A DNA stretch of 64,000 bases from an uncultured Verrucomicrobiae bacterium. GTDB taxonomy: Bacteria > Verrucomicrobiota > Verrucomicrobiia > Chthoniobacterales > JAFAMB01. Each line of letters begins with the position of its first letter. The first letter of the stretch is position 1. The DNA lies in NCBI GenBank assembly GCA_963837955.1, contig CAWIPH010000002.1, positions 4,576,001 to 4,640,000 on the forward strand, in the 5' to 3' direction. This document shows positions 28,557 to 38,494 of the stretch, piece after piece. The position numbers and the translations under genes were made by a program. The notes below the pieces were generated by a model. It saw only the letters and a list, made by a program, of their open reading frames with translations, had not been told where the DNA came from and did no database searches.

Positions 28557-28919
28557 ATGTTGGTCTTGGGTACGTTTTCTTTTCTGTCGATAGAGGTGAA
28601 TACCTGGAAGGTGATCGGATTATCAGGTAGCCTGATCTTCGGCATTCGATTCTTGCTGCAATGGATCGCCTCGGAGCGCGCTGGAAAGAGCATCATCCCG
28701 GTCGGATTTTGGGAGTGCAGTCTTTTTGGCAGTCTCTTAGCACTGAGCTATTTTGTCTTCTACCGGCACGATTCGGTCGGGATCATTATGACGCTTTTCC
28801 CGGTTCCGATTTATTTGCGAAACTTTTATCTGAAATGGAGAGAAGTGTTAGCTCACCGGAGGGAAGTTGCGCCGGTTGAAACAAAGGAGCAAATTGCTGA
28901 GGAAGTGGAGAGTCGATGA
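28557..28919 (+). CDS. lipid-A-disaccharide synthase N-terminal (LAB_N) domain protein
   Basis: G..G..IF..RF..QW..SE..GKS.IP..FW..S..G. Confidence 0.85.
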   Translation: MLVLGTFSFLSIEVNTWKVIGLSGSLIFGIRFLLQWIASERAGKSIIPVGFWECSLFGSLLALSYFVFYRHDSVGIIMTLFPVPIYLRNFYLKWREVLAHRREVAPVETKEQIAEEVESR

Positions 28920-30070
28920 TCTACTTCGACAACAACGCTACAACGTCGGTCGATCCGGCTGTGCTGGAGGAAATGCTGCCTTTCCTGAAAGAGCAGTACG
29001 GCAATCCTTCAAGCGCCTACTCATTCGGAAAACGGGTCTTGCGGGCGATCGAACATGCCCGCGAGCAGGTCGCGACGCTCCTCGGTTGCGATGCGTCGGA
29101 AATTCTATTCACGAGTTGCGGTACGGAATCAGACAACACTGCGATACAATCGGCCTTGTCGATCGACCGGGATCGCAAACATATCGTCACGAGCAAGGTC
29201 GAACATAGCGCAATCGTCAAGCACGGAGAGGCGCTGGCGCGGCGAGGTTACGAAGTGACTTGGCTCGACGTCGACGCCCAAGGACTCATTGATCTTTCTC
29301 AGTTGGAGGACGCGATCCGGCCAGACACGGCGATCGTTTCGCTTATGTGGGCTAATAACGAGACCGGCGTTCTTTTCCCGATCGAAGAGGCGGCCGAGAT
29401 ATGCCGAAAGCAGCAAACGATTTTTCACACCGATGCGGTGCAAGCGGTCGGAAAAATCCCGATCGATCTGCAAACGATTCCAATTCAGTTCCTATCGGTA
29501 TCCGGACACAAGCTGCATGCCCCGAAAGGGGTCGGAGCATTGTACATCAACCGGCGCACGCGCTTCTTCCCGTTTCTCATCGGTGGCGGCCAGGAAGATA
29601 AACGCCGAGGAGGAACCGAAAACACGGCCTCCATTGTGGCTTTAGGAAAAGCGGCGGAATTGGCGGGAGAATTCATGGAAGAGGAAAATCGCTTCGTCCG
29701 CGCTCTTCGAGATAAGTTTGAGCGAGAAGCGGTCGAACGAATCCCTGGAGTGACCGTGAACGGGGATCTTGAACGAAGGTTACCCAATACGACAAATCTT
29801 TCGATCGAAGGAATCGACTCGGAAGCGCTATTGATGATCCTGGATCAGCAAGGTGTCTGTTGTTCGGCCGGTTCGGCCTGTACGACCGGTTCGTTGGAGC
29901 CTTCTCATGTGCTTCGAGCGATGGGTCTTTCCAACGAACAGGCGCGCGCCAGTCTCCGTTTTTCGTTCGGGCGGCTGAACACGATGCCGGAAGTTGAAAG
30001 TGCGCTGGAAATCCTGACCCGCGCGGTGAAGAAGCTGCGAGAAATGACACCAGGGGTACTCGCCGCTTGA
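28916..30070 (+). CDS. nifS: cysteine desulfurase (NifS/IscS group I)
   Basis: YFDNNATT, HTDAVQ, SGHK, SAGSAC, SHVL. Confidence 0.92.
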   Translation: MIYFDNNATTSVDPAVLEEMLPFLKEQYGNPSSAYSFGKRVLRAIEHAREQVATLLGCDASEILFTSCGTESDNTAIQSALSIDRDRKHIVTSKVEHSAIVKHGEALARRGYEVTWLDVDAQGLIDLSQLEDAIRPDTAIVSLMWANNETGVLFPIEEAAEICRKQQTIFHTDAVQAVGKIPIDLQTIPIQFLSVSGHKLHAPKGVGALYINRRTRFFPFLIGGGQEDKRRGGTENTASIVALGKAAELAGEFMEEENRFVRALRDKFEREAVERIPGVTVNGDLERRLPNTTNLSIEGIDSEALLMILDQQGVCCSAGSACTTGSLEPSHVLRAMGLSNEQARASLRFSFGRLNTMPEVESALEILTRAVKKLREMTPGVLAA

Positions 30071-30178
30071 AGATTTTTCCGGCGCCCGGTTCAATCCAGA
30101 TAGCAAAGGTAGCTTCTGCGTTAGGTTACCAAACGGGAGCAGACAGGTTTTTCTGGAAGACGCGTCGCGCCAAAAACT

Positions 30179-30592
30179 TCAATCCCGAAAAGGATTCTCG
30201 ATTCGAACTCCATCGAAATCTTGCCCGTCATTGAAATCCTCGGAGCAAATCGCCTCGCATCCCGCAGTACGGGCGGCTTCGACAATCGCGGCATCCCAAT
30301 ATGAAATCCGATAGCGCCTTTTGGTCTTAAATGCAGCCCGCATGATTCCGACGGTGATATCCTGGATTTTGAAGCGCTCCCACGACTCGATGAGTGCCAG
30401 AGCCTGTTCATGAGTAATGGCATCCGTTTTGCTCTCGCGCGTGGCCTGCACGTAGAATTCTTGCAGGACCTGGACTGAGAGCGCGCAGTCGGCGTGGTTC
30501 AGAAGTTCGAGCGCTTTTGCTGCTTTGGTCGCTTCCCGGCGATCGGTGCTCAACGCGTACAGAAGAATGTTCGTATCAAGAAATCGCATCAC
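30179..30592 (-). CDS. vapC: PIN domain toxin
   Basis: FLDTN, QEF, YWDA, SED acidic residues intact. Confidence 0.9.
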   Translation of the reverse strand: MMRFLDTNILLYALSTDRREATKAAKALELLNHADCALSVQVLQEFYVQATRESKTDAITHEQALALIESWERFKIQDITVGIMRAAFKTKRRYRISYWDAAIVEAARTAGCEAICSEDFNDGQDFDGVRIENPFRD

Positions 30593-30819
30593 CGCTCATG
30601 CACTGCATTTCTCTTTAGTCGGTCGCTAGCGCGGAATTTCGTGACCGTCGCTAGAGTGGCGTTTTGCAGTCGTCGCAGCCGGTCATTCGCATCTTCTTGA
30701 CTCGCCAGTTGAACCAGAAAATCTCGGACCAATGCAGAAACGGAAGTATCGACTTCGGCAGCCCTTATTCGCGCACGTCGATATACCTCGTCGTCCACTG
30801 TGACGGTAATATTTTTCAC
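30589..30819 (-). CDS. ribbon-helix-helix antitoxin (VapB-like)
   Basis: KNITVTVDDEVY..AR..AA..TSVSALVR; GTG start 30819; 4-nt overlap with vapC. Confidence 0.85.
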   Translation of the reverse strand: MKNITVTVDDEVYRRARIRAAEVDTSVSALVRDFLVQLASQEDANDRLRRLQNATLATVTKFRASDRLKRNAVHER

Positions 30820-30860
30820 AGTTACACAATAACACAGTTCCCCAGCGCATCCAAATCTCA

Positions 30861-32297
30861 CTAAACCACCAACAGGTCGAACAGCTCATGAACCGAAGTC
30901 GTCGCGGCACTGTGATGATCTTTCAGTAAACGCAAGACAACATCCGCGTTCCTGGGAGCGATCCGCGATCGCAAATTTCGTTCAAACTTGGCCAGAAGCA
31001 GAGGTTCGCCCTCCGCTCGACGTCGTGGGTGGCCGATCGGATATTCTACGGCCGCTTTCTCCGTCGAACTTCCGTCGGAGAAAAAGACCTGCACCGAGTT
31101 CCCGATCGAACGTTTTTCGGGGTCAAGGTAATCTCGAGTAAACTGAGGATTTTCTTTGACCTCCATTTTGGAGCGCAGCTGATCGATGAGCGGATTTCGG
31201 GCCGCTTCATCTTCATAATCCTCGGCAGTGAGATTACCGCGAATGAAGGGTACAGCCACCATGTATTGGATGCAGTGGTCGCGGTCGGCCGGATTGAAAA
31301 GTGGGCCGCTTTTATCGATGATCCGCTTTCCGGACTCCTGGGTCTCGATCACGATCCGACTGATTTGTTCCAAACGACCGACGACTGCCGAATGAAGCCG
31401 GACCGCGGCTTCGACAGCAGTCTGAGCGTGAAATTCGGCCGGAAACGAAACCTTGAAGAGCACGTTTCGCATCACGTAGGAACCAAGCGGCTGAGCAAGT
31501 TCTATTGGCTGACCCTTGAACAGTACATCTTGGAAACCCCACTCCTTCGCGGTCAATGCGGTCGGATAGCCCATTTCACCGCGAACGGCTTGAAACGCAT
31601 GAAAAACGGCACGGGATGTAGCGTCGCCAGCCGCCCAGCTTTTGCGAGAGCCAGTATTTGGAGCATGGCGGTAGGTGCGCAAAGCGCCACCATCCAGAAA
31701 CGCTTGGGAAAGGGCGTTGATGATTTCGTCGCGTGTTCCTCCGAGCAGACGAGTGGCTACCGCGGTCGAAGCGACACGAACGAGCAACACATGGTCGAGC
31801 CCAACCCGGTTAAAGGCATGCGTGAGTGCCAGAATGCCTTGAATTTCGTGCGCTTGCACCATGGCGGCAAAAACCTTGCTCAGCGTCAGGGGCTCGTCCG
31901 GTCCTTTTACCCCTTTGCGGCCGAGGTAGTCTGCGACGGCCAGGATCGCTCCTAGATTGTCCGAAGGGTGACCCCATTCTGCTGCGAGCCAAGTGTCGTT
32001 GAAATCAAGCCAGCGGATCATCGCTCCGATATTGAAGGCGGCCCGAACCGGATCGAGCTGGTAAGAAGTACCCGGAACTCGGGAACCCCCAGGGCAACTT
32101 GCGCCCGGAACGATTGGACCAAGTAGCTTGGTGCACGCGGGGTATTGAAGAGCCTGCAGAGCGCAACCGAGGCTGTCGAGCAGGCAAAGTCGGGCGGTGG
32201 CTACTGCCTCAGGGTGATCGCAAGCATCGCCCAAAACATAGTCAGCGATCTCCTGCAACAAGCGGTCCGGCTCGGGCCGGTTGACGTTGGGCTCCAT
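30861..32297 (-). CDS. prpD: 2-methylcitrate dehydratase
   Basis: [33 protein letters not shown]. Confidence 0.96.
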   Translation of the reverse strand: MEPNVNRPEPDRLLQEIADYVLGDACDHPEAVATARLCLLDSLGCALQALQYPACTKLLGPIVPGASCPGGSRVPGTSYQLDPVRAAFNIGAMIRWLDFNDTWLAAEWGHPSDNLGAILAVADYLGRKGVKGPDEPLTLSKVFAAMVQAHEIQGILALTHAFNRVGLDHVLLVRVASTAVATRLLGGTRDEIINALSQAFLDGGALRTYRHAPNTGSRKSWAAGDATSRAVFHAFQAVRGEMGYPTALTAKEWGFQDVLFKGQPIELAQPLGSYVMRNVLFKVSFPAEFHAQTAVEAAVRLHSAVVGRLEQISRIVIETQESGKRIIDKSGPLFNPADRDHCIQYMVAVPFIRGNLTAEDYEDEAARNPLIDQLRSKMEVKENPQFTRDYLDPEKRSIGNSVQVFFSDGSSTEKAAVEYPIGHPRRRAEGEPLLLAKFERNLRSRIAPRNADVVLRLLKDHHSAATTSVHELFDLLVV

Positions 32298-32328
32298 ATC
32301 GAAAGCACGCTTTTCCCGAGGGCAACAG

Positions 32329-33459
32329 CTAACGCTGACCAACCGAGACGTATGGCCGCACTTCCGGTCCGATATAGTCAGCGCTCGGACGGATCAGCTT
32401 ATTGTTTGCGCGCTGTTCTTTGAGGTGAGCCGTCCAGCCCGTAACGCGGGCCATCACGAAAAGCGGGGTGAAATGGGGCGTTGGAATGCCTAAGAAGTGG
32501 TAGAGACTGGCACTGAAGAAATCGGCGTTGGCAAATAAATCCTTACGTTCGCGCATTACGCTCTCCACCTCATCGAAGACATCGAACAAGTAACCGTCTG
32601 ATGCTTGAGGCGCCAAACGCCGGGCTAATTCCTTAATTATCGCGTTCCGAGGATCAGAATGCTTGTAGACGGCATGCCCGAATCCCATGATTTTTTCTTT
32701 CCTCTCGAGCATCTGCATAACGGCAGCGCGAGCCTCCTCGCGTGTCCTGAATTTTTGGATGAGATTCATGGCAGCCTCGTTCGCGCCGCCGTGCAACGGG
32801 CCACGCAGGGTTCCGATCGCGGAGGTGATGCACGAGTAGAAATCCGATAAGGTAGCGGCACAGACGCGACAGGCAAAAGTGGAGGCATTGAATTCGTGCT
32901 CGGCGTAAAGAATGAGCGAAACATCCAAGCTACGGCGCTTTGTCTCGTCAGGTTTCTTTCCGTGCAGCAGGCTCAAGAAATGGCCGGCGACGGAATCGGC
33001 GTCCGTCGTCGTCGCAATTCTCTCGCCCCGCTTCGAATAGTGGTACCAATACAGGAGCATTGAGGGGAAGGCTGCCAAAAGTCTTTCGGCAATAGCGTCC
33101 TGATCGGAAAACGAGCTTTCCGGCTCGAGAGAGCCAAGAAGGGAGCATCCTGTGCGCAAGACGTCCATCGGGTGAGCGCTCGCAGGGATCAGTTCGAGCG
33201 TTGTCTTTAGCGCCTCTGGAAGCCCACGTTTCTCTCGCAGTCGCTGCTTAAACGCCTCCAATTGCTCTTGCCGCGGTAGCGCACCGTAAATCAGAAGATG
33301 GGCTACCTCCTCAAAGGAAGCGTTCTGGGCCAAATCCTCGATGGTATAACCGCGATAGGTCAAACCAACACCCTCTTTGCCGACGGTGCATACGGTCGTC
33401 GTTCCGACTGACTGCCCCCGAAGACCGGTAGTTGATGGGAGTACAGTTTTCTCGCTCAT
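32329..33459 (-). CDS. prpC: 2-methylcitrate synthase
   Basis: [31 protein letters not shown]. Confidence 0.95.
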   Translation of the reverse strand: MSEKTVLPSTTGLRGQSVGTTTVCTVGKEGVGLTYRGYTIEDLAQNASFEEVAHLLIYGALPRQEQLEAFKQRLREKRGLPEALKTTLELIPASAHPMDVLRTGCSLLGSLEPESSFSDQDAIAERLLAAFPSMLLYWYHYSKRGERIATTTDADSVAGHFLSLLHGKKPDETKRRSLDVSLILYAEHEFNASTFACRVCAATLSDFYSCITSAIGTLRGPLHGGANEAAMNLIQKFRTREEARAAVMQMLERKEKIMGFGHAVYKHSDPRNAIIKELARRLAPQASDGYLFDVFDEVESVMRERKDLFANADFFSASLYHFLGIPTPHFTPLFVMARVTGWTAHLKEQRANNKLIRPSADYIGPEVRPYVSVGQR

Positions 33460-34343
33460 GAATTTGATCCGAAGAGTTCGTCGAGTTTTTTCTCGTAACG
33501 ATGGTAATCAAGCACTTCGTATAGCCGCTCGCGCGTCTGCATCGAGGAAATCTCCTCGGCCTGAGACCCGTTCTGCCGAATCGTGCGATAAACTCGTTCC
33601 GCTGCGGCCGCCATCGCCCGGAAGGCGCTGAGCGGATAGAGCACCATCGCCACTCCGACCTCACGCAGCTCCGCTAACGAGAAAAGAGGCGTGTGGCCAA
33701 ACTCCGTAAGATTGGCCAAAACAGGAACGGAAATCTGGCGGGTAAATTCTCGATAATCCTCCAATCGAGTAACAGCTTCGGCAAAAATCATGTCGGCTCC
33801 GGCATCGACGTAGTGGCCGCACCGCACGATGGCCGAAGACAATCCCTCTTTGGCAATTGCGTCGGTCCTGGCCATGACGACAAAACTCTGCTCCGGCTTG
33901 CTGTCCACGGCCGCCTTGATCCGATCGGTCATTTCATCGGTCGAAACCAGTTCCTTATTTGGTCGATGGCCGCATCGCTTCGCCGCTACCTGGTCTTCCA
34001 AATGACAACCAGCAGCCCCCGCCCGCGCTAGTTCACGGATGCTCCGGGCAATGTTGAAAGCGCTCCCCCAGCCGGTGTCCGCGTCGACCAGGAGTGGCAA
34101 GTCGATCGTTGCCGTAATTCTCCGGATATCTTCGCAAACGTCGTTTGCCGTAGTCATTCCAAGATCCGGTAGACCAAAGGAAGCGTTGGCAACCCCGGCT
34201 CCAGACAGATAAATTGTCCGAAACCCTGCTTCTTTGGCCAGCAACGCAGAAAAGGCGTTAATCGTACCAGGTATCTGAAGCGGGCGCTCGAGAGCCAAGG
34301 CATCGCGGAACTTTTCACCTGGCGATTTCTTCTCAACAGTCAT
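33456..34343 (-). CDS. prpB: methylisocitrate lyase
   Basis: LSGAG, DADTGWG, EDQV..KRCGH, ANLTEFG; start ATG 34343. Confidence 0.95.
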   Translation of the reverse strand: MTVEKKSPGEKFRDALALERPLQIPGTINAFSALLAKEAGFRTIYLSGAGVANASFGLPDLGMTTANDVCEDIRRITATIDLPLLVDADTGWGSAFNIARSIRELARAGAAGCHLEDQVAAKRCGHRPNKELVSTDEMTDRIKAAVDSKPEQSFVVMARTDAIAKEGLSSAIVRCGHYVDAGADMIFAEAVTRLEDYREFTRQISVPVLANLTEFGHTPLFSLAELREVGVAMVLYPLSAFRAMAAAAERVYRTIRQNGSQAEEISSMQTRERLYEVLDYHRYEKKLDELFGSNS

Positions 34344-34583
34344 CGTAACTGGGAAATTGAATTTTTCGGCGAACGGGGGGCCGCAATAGACTTTATTCTG
34401 CGGCAGCCAATCGTCCAGCATCGACTCCTGAATAGAACACTGATTTCGCGATGCCCGACAGATCATCGATCGATCGATTTCGCCTCCAAAACGATCAAAT
34501 CTCGCCATCTGAGCGGCAAATCTGAACAATTTTACAGTGTTGCATTGCTTTTTGGCCCCGCTCCGGGCTGATAATTCTCGGGT

Positions 34584-35474
34584 ATGGCCGTCCAGTATGG
34601 TAAATGCACAAACCGAGCTGGTTGTACTCTCGCCTATACGGGCGACCAGATTCGTTTCGAGGGAAATCCAATTTGTCCAGAATGCGGGCAAGGGCTCGCA
34701 GTGATTAAGGGGCCCGGAGGTGGTGGGCGCAAGGTCTGGCTTTTGATCCTCCTCCCGATAGTCCTGATCGGCATGGTCGCCGCCGGGTATTTTCTGGTCC
34801 AGGCCGTTTTGAACTCGGTCTCAAAACCCACTGTTGTGACAACGTCACCGACTGCTAGCGCCACGGCGTCGGCAAGCGCAACGACCAATCCAAGCGCCTC
34901 CGCGTCCGCCAGCGCATCGGCTTCGCCAACAGAGACCCCCACTCCCGACCAAAGCCCTTCCCCGAGTGCTTCGGAATCGCCGACCGGAGGATCGGTCGAG
35001 AAGAAGCCGAACGAGCTTTCTAAATCGGACATCGAGGAAACGCGTCAGGAAGTACTGAAACGGATCGCGGCCATGCCGCATATGTCTCAGTCGGAGAAAG
35101 ATAAATTGCAGGACAAGGTTCAAAGCGCGAGCGCCATGAAGCGGCTTCAGGTGGTCTACTTTGAGGTAGGCAAGAACATGATCGGGAAGCCAGCGGTTGA
35201 TGAACTCGTCTCTAGCTTGAATAGCTCGGACATGAAAGAGAAGATGAGCGATCCGACGTTGGTTTTCGTGGTTGCCGGGTATGCGGACAAGGGCGGCAAC
35301 CCAGCGAGCAATTATCGACTCTCTAACGAGCGGGCCGAGAATATTTCTCGCATCATGAAAAGTGCTGGCGTGACCAACGTCATTCACACCGTTGCAATGG
35401 GAGGGACAGATATCCTCGATGAAAAACGTGCTGATCAAAATCGTGCAGTGGAGATTTGGTCAGTGATCCCATAA
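34584..35474 (+). CDS. Zn-ribbon + TM + S/T/A/P linker + OmpA-like peptidoglycan-binding domain protein
   Basis: C-x5-C...CPEC; TM; GYAD..G....N..LS..RA...NRAVE. Confidence 0.85.
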   Translation: MAVQYGKCTNRAGCTLAYTGDQIRFEGNPICPECGQGLAVIKGPGGGGRKVWLLILLPIVLIGMVAAGYFLVQAVLNSVSKPTVVTTSPTASATASASATTNPSASASASASASPTETPTPDQSPSPSASESPTGGSVEKKPNELSKSDIEETRQEVLKRIAAMPHMSQSEKDKLQDKVQSASAMKRLQVVYFEVGKNMIGKPAVDELVSSLNSSDMKEKMSDPTLVFVVAGYADKGGNPASNYRLSNERAENISRIMKSAGVTNVIHTVAMGGTDILDEKRADQNRAVEIWSVIP

Positions 35475-35583
35475 AACGGACGCAAACAGAGGCGGGATCG
35501 GCGACTTTTCCGGTCGGGCATAGCTATGCGTATGCGCGCCAACCATAATAGGGCGCCATCAGGATCGCCCCGGGGTTCAGAGA

Positions 35584-35913
35584 AATTAGTCCCGGAGGGA
35601 TATCACGAAAGTAGCCCCGCAATTTATTGCTGGGAAATGTGCAAAAGTCACGGCTGTCCCGTGAGGGACTCAATGAAAGTAGCCCAGTACGAAGTGCTGG
35701 GAAATCGTCCAAAGAGGCCTCCGTCCCGGCCTGTCCGCCATAGTCAGGATGACGAAGGAGGAAGGGACGATAGAACCGTTGTCCTTTCGCCTCCAACGCA
35801 ACTTCGCGAGCGCAGACGGGGATCGATCGTCCCTTCCGGGACGGACACGTTTTTTACCTTCCCCCAGCAATAAATTGCTGGGCTACTTTCGTGATATCCC
35901 TCCGGGACTAATT
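35584..35913. mobile_element. 330-bp REPIN/MITE-like palindromic element
   Basis: ~50-bp TIR AATTAGTCCCGGAGGGATATCACGAAAGTAGCCC.GCAATTTATTGCTGGG; nested GTCCCG-GGGAC units. Confidence 0.8.
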
Positions 35914-35964
35914 CCCCTCGGCCGCACCGAGGTTTTTTCCTCTGGCCACGATGGGCCGGGGGGC

Positions 35965-36354
35965 CTAACGACGCCGTGGCGACAGCCTCAGACCAAACCG
36001 GATATCATCGAATTCGACATGGTATCGCACTTTGTCGAGGATTCTTCTCTCTCCGCGGACCAAAGGTTTATCATCCAATCGAAACGGGCGCCGCACGCTT
36101 TTCGGTGTAAGGGCAAACCAATAGCCATTCTCCACGCCTAGAAGCAGATGGCGCGGTTCGAGCCCCTCAACCTTAGAAAAAGCTTCCTTCGCGAAATTCG
36201 AGTCGGTGCCAATGATCGTACCATCTTTGCAGGGATAGCTTACGCCCTCGAAAACGAGTTCTAAAAACGCATTACGGGGCGCATCAGCCCGCATACCCGT
36301 TTTTGAGCCATCCGAGGCAGAAGCAGAGCTAGAACTCCCATCCAGCGGTAACAT
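35965..36354 (-). CDS. hypothetical protein, degenerate FHA-like fold
   Basis: IIG...EPRHL.L..ENG.W pattern; start may be ATG 36294. Confidence 0.55.
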   Translation of the reverse strand: MLPLDGSSSSASASDGSKTGMRADAPRNAFLELVFEGVSYPCKDGTIIGTDSNFAKEAFSKVEGLEPRHLLLGVENGYWFALTPKSVRRPFRLDDKPLVRGERRILDKVRYHVEFDDIRFGLRLSPRRR

Positions 36355-36432
36355 TGCTCGAGACTAAAAGCTTTGCTGCTCGGCTGCAAAGTTAAAGCCG
36401 CGACTTTCCCGGCGAAATCGGTTTGTCGACGT

Positions 36433-37155
36433 TCAGTCGCAGAGGTAATTGCCTCCCTCGTCCACCGTGATTCTCGGGAGCCGATGCCGCTCTGAAAAGA
36501 AACGGTAAGCTGGTTCAAGCGTTTTCCAGAAATCAATTTGATCCGGGTATGTCTTTGCCCTCACCGTCCAGGTCGCATCCGACATCCGGGCTGGGAAAAT
36601 ATGAATTTCGACCGGTGGAGTCGCATCCTGGGCCGTGACGTAAATCTCTTCGATGGCGTCATCGCCCACGGCCAGACACCCGGTCGAGCGCTGATCGCCG
36701 TGAATGTAAATGTCTGAGCCGGGCGAGACTGGCTCAGACTTCTTCTGATCCGCCCCATTCGGATAATCAATTCTTAGAGAGAGATGAAATTGGCTCTTAG
36801 GATTAAATAGATCGATCTGATAGAATCCTTCGGGAACTTGCAAATCTCCTTCATACCGCTTCGGGCCGAGCCGACCGGACACTGCGAGTATGGGATAGAC
36901 ATGGACGAGACGGAAGGTTTCCTGCTCATCATTCCGTGCCCAGACTTCGAACTCCTGCTCCAATTTATGAACGCGAAAAAAGATCGAATTGGCAGGATAA
37001 GCAAGCCCGAGCGCGGCAAACCGCTGTACTAAGATCGGTATTACTCGCTGTCGAGCGATGGCCACTCGATCTTCCGGTATCGACGAAGGATCGGCCAGCG
37101 CCGAAACCAGCGTGCCCATAACGATCTGTACCGACCACAATAAATGACGCAACAT
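36433..37155 (-). CDS. L,D-transpeptidase family protein (YafK/DpaA-like)
   Basis: SG.LGPK..EGD.QVPEGFY, YPN..D, IYIHG...STGC. Confidence 0.9.
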   Translation of the reverse strand: MLRHLLWSVQIVMGTLVSALADPSSIPEDRVAIARQRVIPILVQRFAALGLAYPANSIFFRVHKLEQEFEVWARNDEQETFRLVHVYPILAVSGRLGPKRYEGDLQVPEGFYQIDLFNPKSQFHLSLRIDYPNGADQKKSEPVSPGSDIYIHGDQRSTGCLAVGDDAIEEIYVTAQDATPPVEIHIFPARMSDATWTVRAKTYPDQIDFWKTLEPAYRFFSERHRLPRITVDEGGNYLCD

Positions 37156-37455
37156 CTCGAAACGACCAGGACCTGAAATCATTCCCGCTATAAAGATAGC
37201 GAGCCAAGATCGTGCGAGGAAAATACTTTTTTTCTGACGATTTGACGATTTTTGCCAAATCAGGTCATGAATTTCAGCACGAGGCCGGTGTTTCTGTGCA
37301 ACCAAGACCGAGCGAACCGCTTACGCAAAGGAAAGATGCCCTCCAACGAAATCTTTCGGGTCACGAAGAAAATATTGATCTTTCGTCCCGAAGTCGCTAT
37401 TTGGGGGTAGTTTGAAGTATCTCCGATTCGGAGTACCTCTAAAAAATCCCCCATC

Positions 37456-38433
37456 ATGAAACAACGTCTAGTTTACCCATTGACCGCCTCCTTCAGAGTG
37501 CTGGCGGTCACCGTAGTTTTCTGTCTTGCCAGTTCCCTAGGACTAGGCGCAGATAAGAAATTGGTTGTCGGATTCGCCCAAGTCGGCGCGGAGAGCGGCT
37601 GGCGCACGGCGAATACCGATTCGATCAAATCAGAAGCCGCTAAGCGTGGAGTTGATCTGCGTTTTTCCGATGCCCAACAGAAGGAAGAGAATCAAATCAA
37701 GGCAATCCGTTCGTTTATCGCACAGGGTGTCGATGTGATTGCATTCTCGCCTGTGGTCGAGACTGGTTTCGAGCCGGTTTTGCAGGAAGCAAAAAAGGCT
37801 GGAATTCCGGTCGTGCTGTCTGACCGCGCTGTCAAAGTTTCGGATGACTCTCTGTACAAATGCTTCATTGGTTCAGACTTCATCGAAGAAGGCCGGCGGG
37901 CGGCCAACGCGGTAGCAAAGCTCACTGACGGCAAGGCGAATGTCGCCGAGTTAGTTGGTACCGTCGGATCCGCGCCGGCGATTGACCGCAAAAAAGGCTT
38001 CGAGGAAGTTATCAAGGCCAAGTACCCGGATATAAAGATCATAATGTCGCAAAGCGGCGACTTCACCCGGGCGAAAGGCAAAGAGGTCATGGAAGCATTT
38101 TTGAAGTCTCCGAACGCCAAGGACATCAATGTACTGTTTGCGCACAACGATGATATGGCCCTGGGAGCGATCCAGGCCATGGAAGAGGCGGGTATTAAGC
38201 CGGGCCAAGATATCAAGATCGTCTCGATCGACGGCGTCCGCGGGGCTTTCGAAGCCATGAAGGACGGTAAGCTGAATGTCACCGTGGAGTGTAATCCGCT
38301 CCTGGGACCGCAGCTGTTTGATCTGATTGAAAAAGTAGCAAACAAACAAGAAGTGCCGAAGCGCGTCGTCACCCAAGAGGGCGTCTACGAACAATCGCAG
38401 GCGGCTGCAGAGCTACCAAAGAGACAATACTAA
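37456..38433 (+). CDS. ytfQ: sugar (galactofuranose) ABC substrate-binding protein
   Basis: VGFAQVGAESGWRTANT, DAQQK.ENQI, HNDDM, VECNP. Confidence 0.9.
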   Translation: MKQRLVYPLTASFRVLAVTVVFCLASSLGLGADKKLVVGFAQVGAESGWRTANTDSIKSEAAKRGVDLRFSDAQQKEENQIKAIRSFIAQGVDVIAFSPVVETGFEPVLQEAKKAGIPVVLSDRAVKVSDDSLYKCFIGSDFIEEGRRAANAVAKLTDGKANVAELVGTVGSAPAIDRKKGFEEVIKAKYPDIKIIMSQSGDFTRAKGKEVMEAFLKSPNAKDINVLFAHNDDMALGAIQAMEEAGIKPGQDIKIVSIDGVRGAFEAMKDGKLNVTVECNPLLGPQLFDLIEKVANKQEVPKRVVTQEGVYEQSQAAAELPKRQY

Positions 38434-38455
38434 TCTTCCACTCTTTGTTTTGAAG

Positions 38456-38494
38456 CGGGCGCTCAAACCGAATGGGAGAGCGCCCGAATTTTTC
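38456..38494 (+). terminator. stem-loop with T-run between ytfQ and ytfR (partial terminator or mRNA stabiliser)
   Basis: CGGGCGCTC-N13-GAGCGCCCG followed by AATTTTT. Confidence 0.45.

Noticed and set aside
28268..28696. Overlapping ORFs or a frameshift joining DUF983 and LAB_N
   Set aside because: Both genes are complete on their own; the alternative frames have no recognisable motifs
34344..34691. 116-aa N-terminal extension of PrpB
   Set aside because: It overlaps the divergent gene; homology begins at ATG 34343
35524..35873. Transposase inside the 330-bp palindrome
   Set aside because: The ORFs lack HUH/Y1 or DDE motifs and are too short
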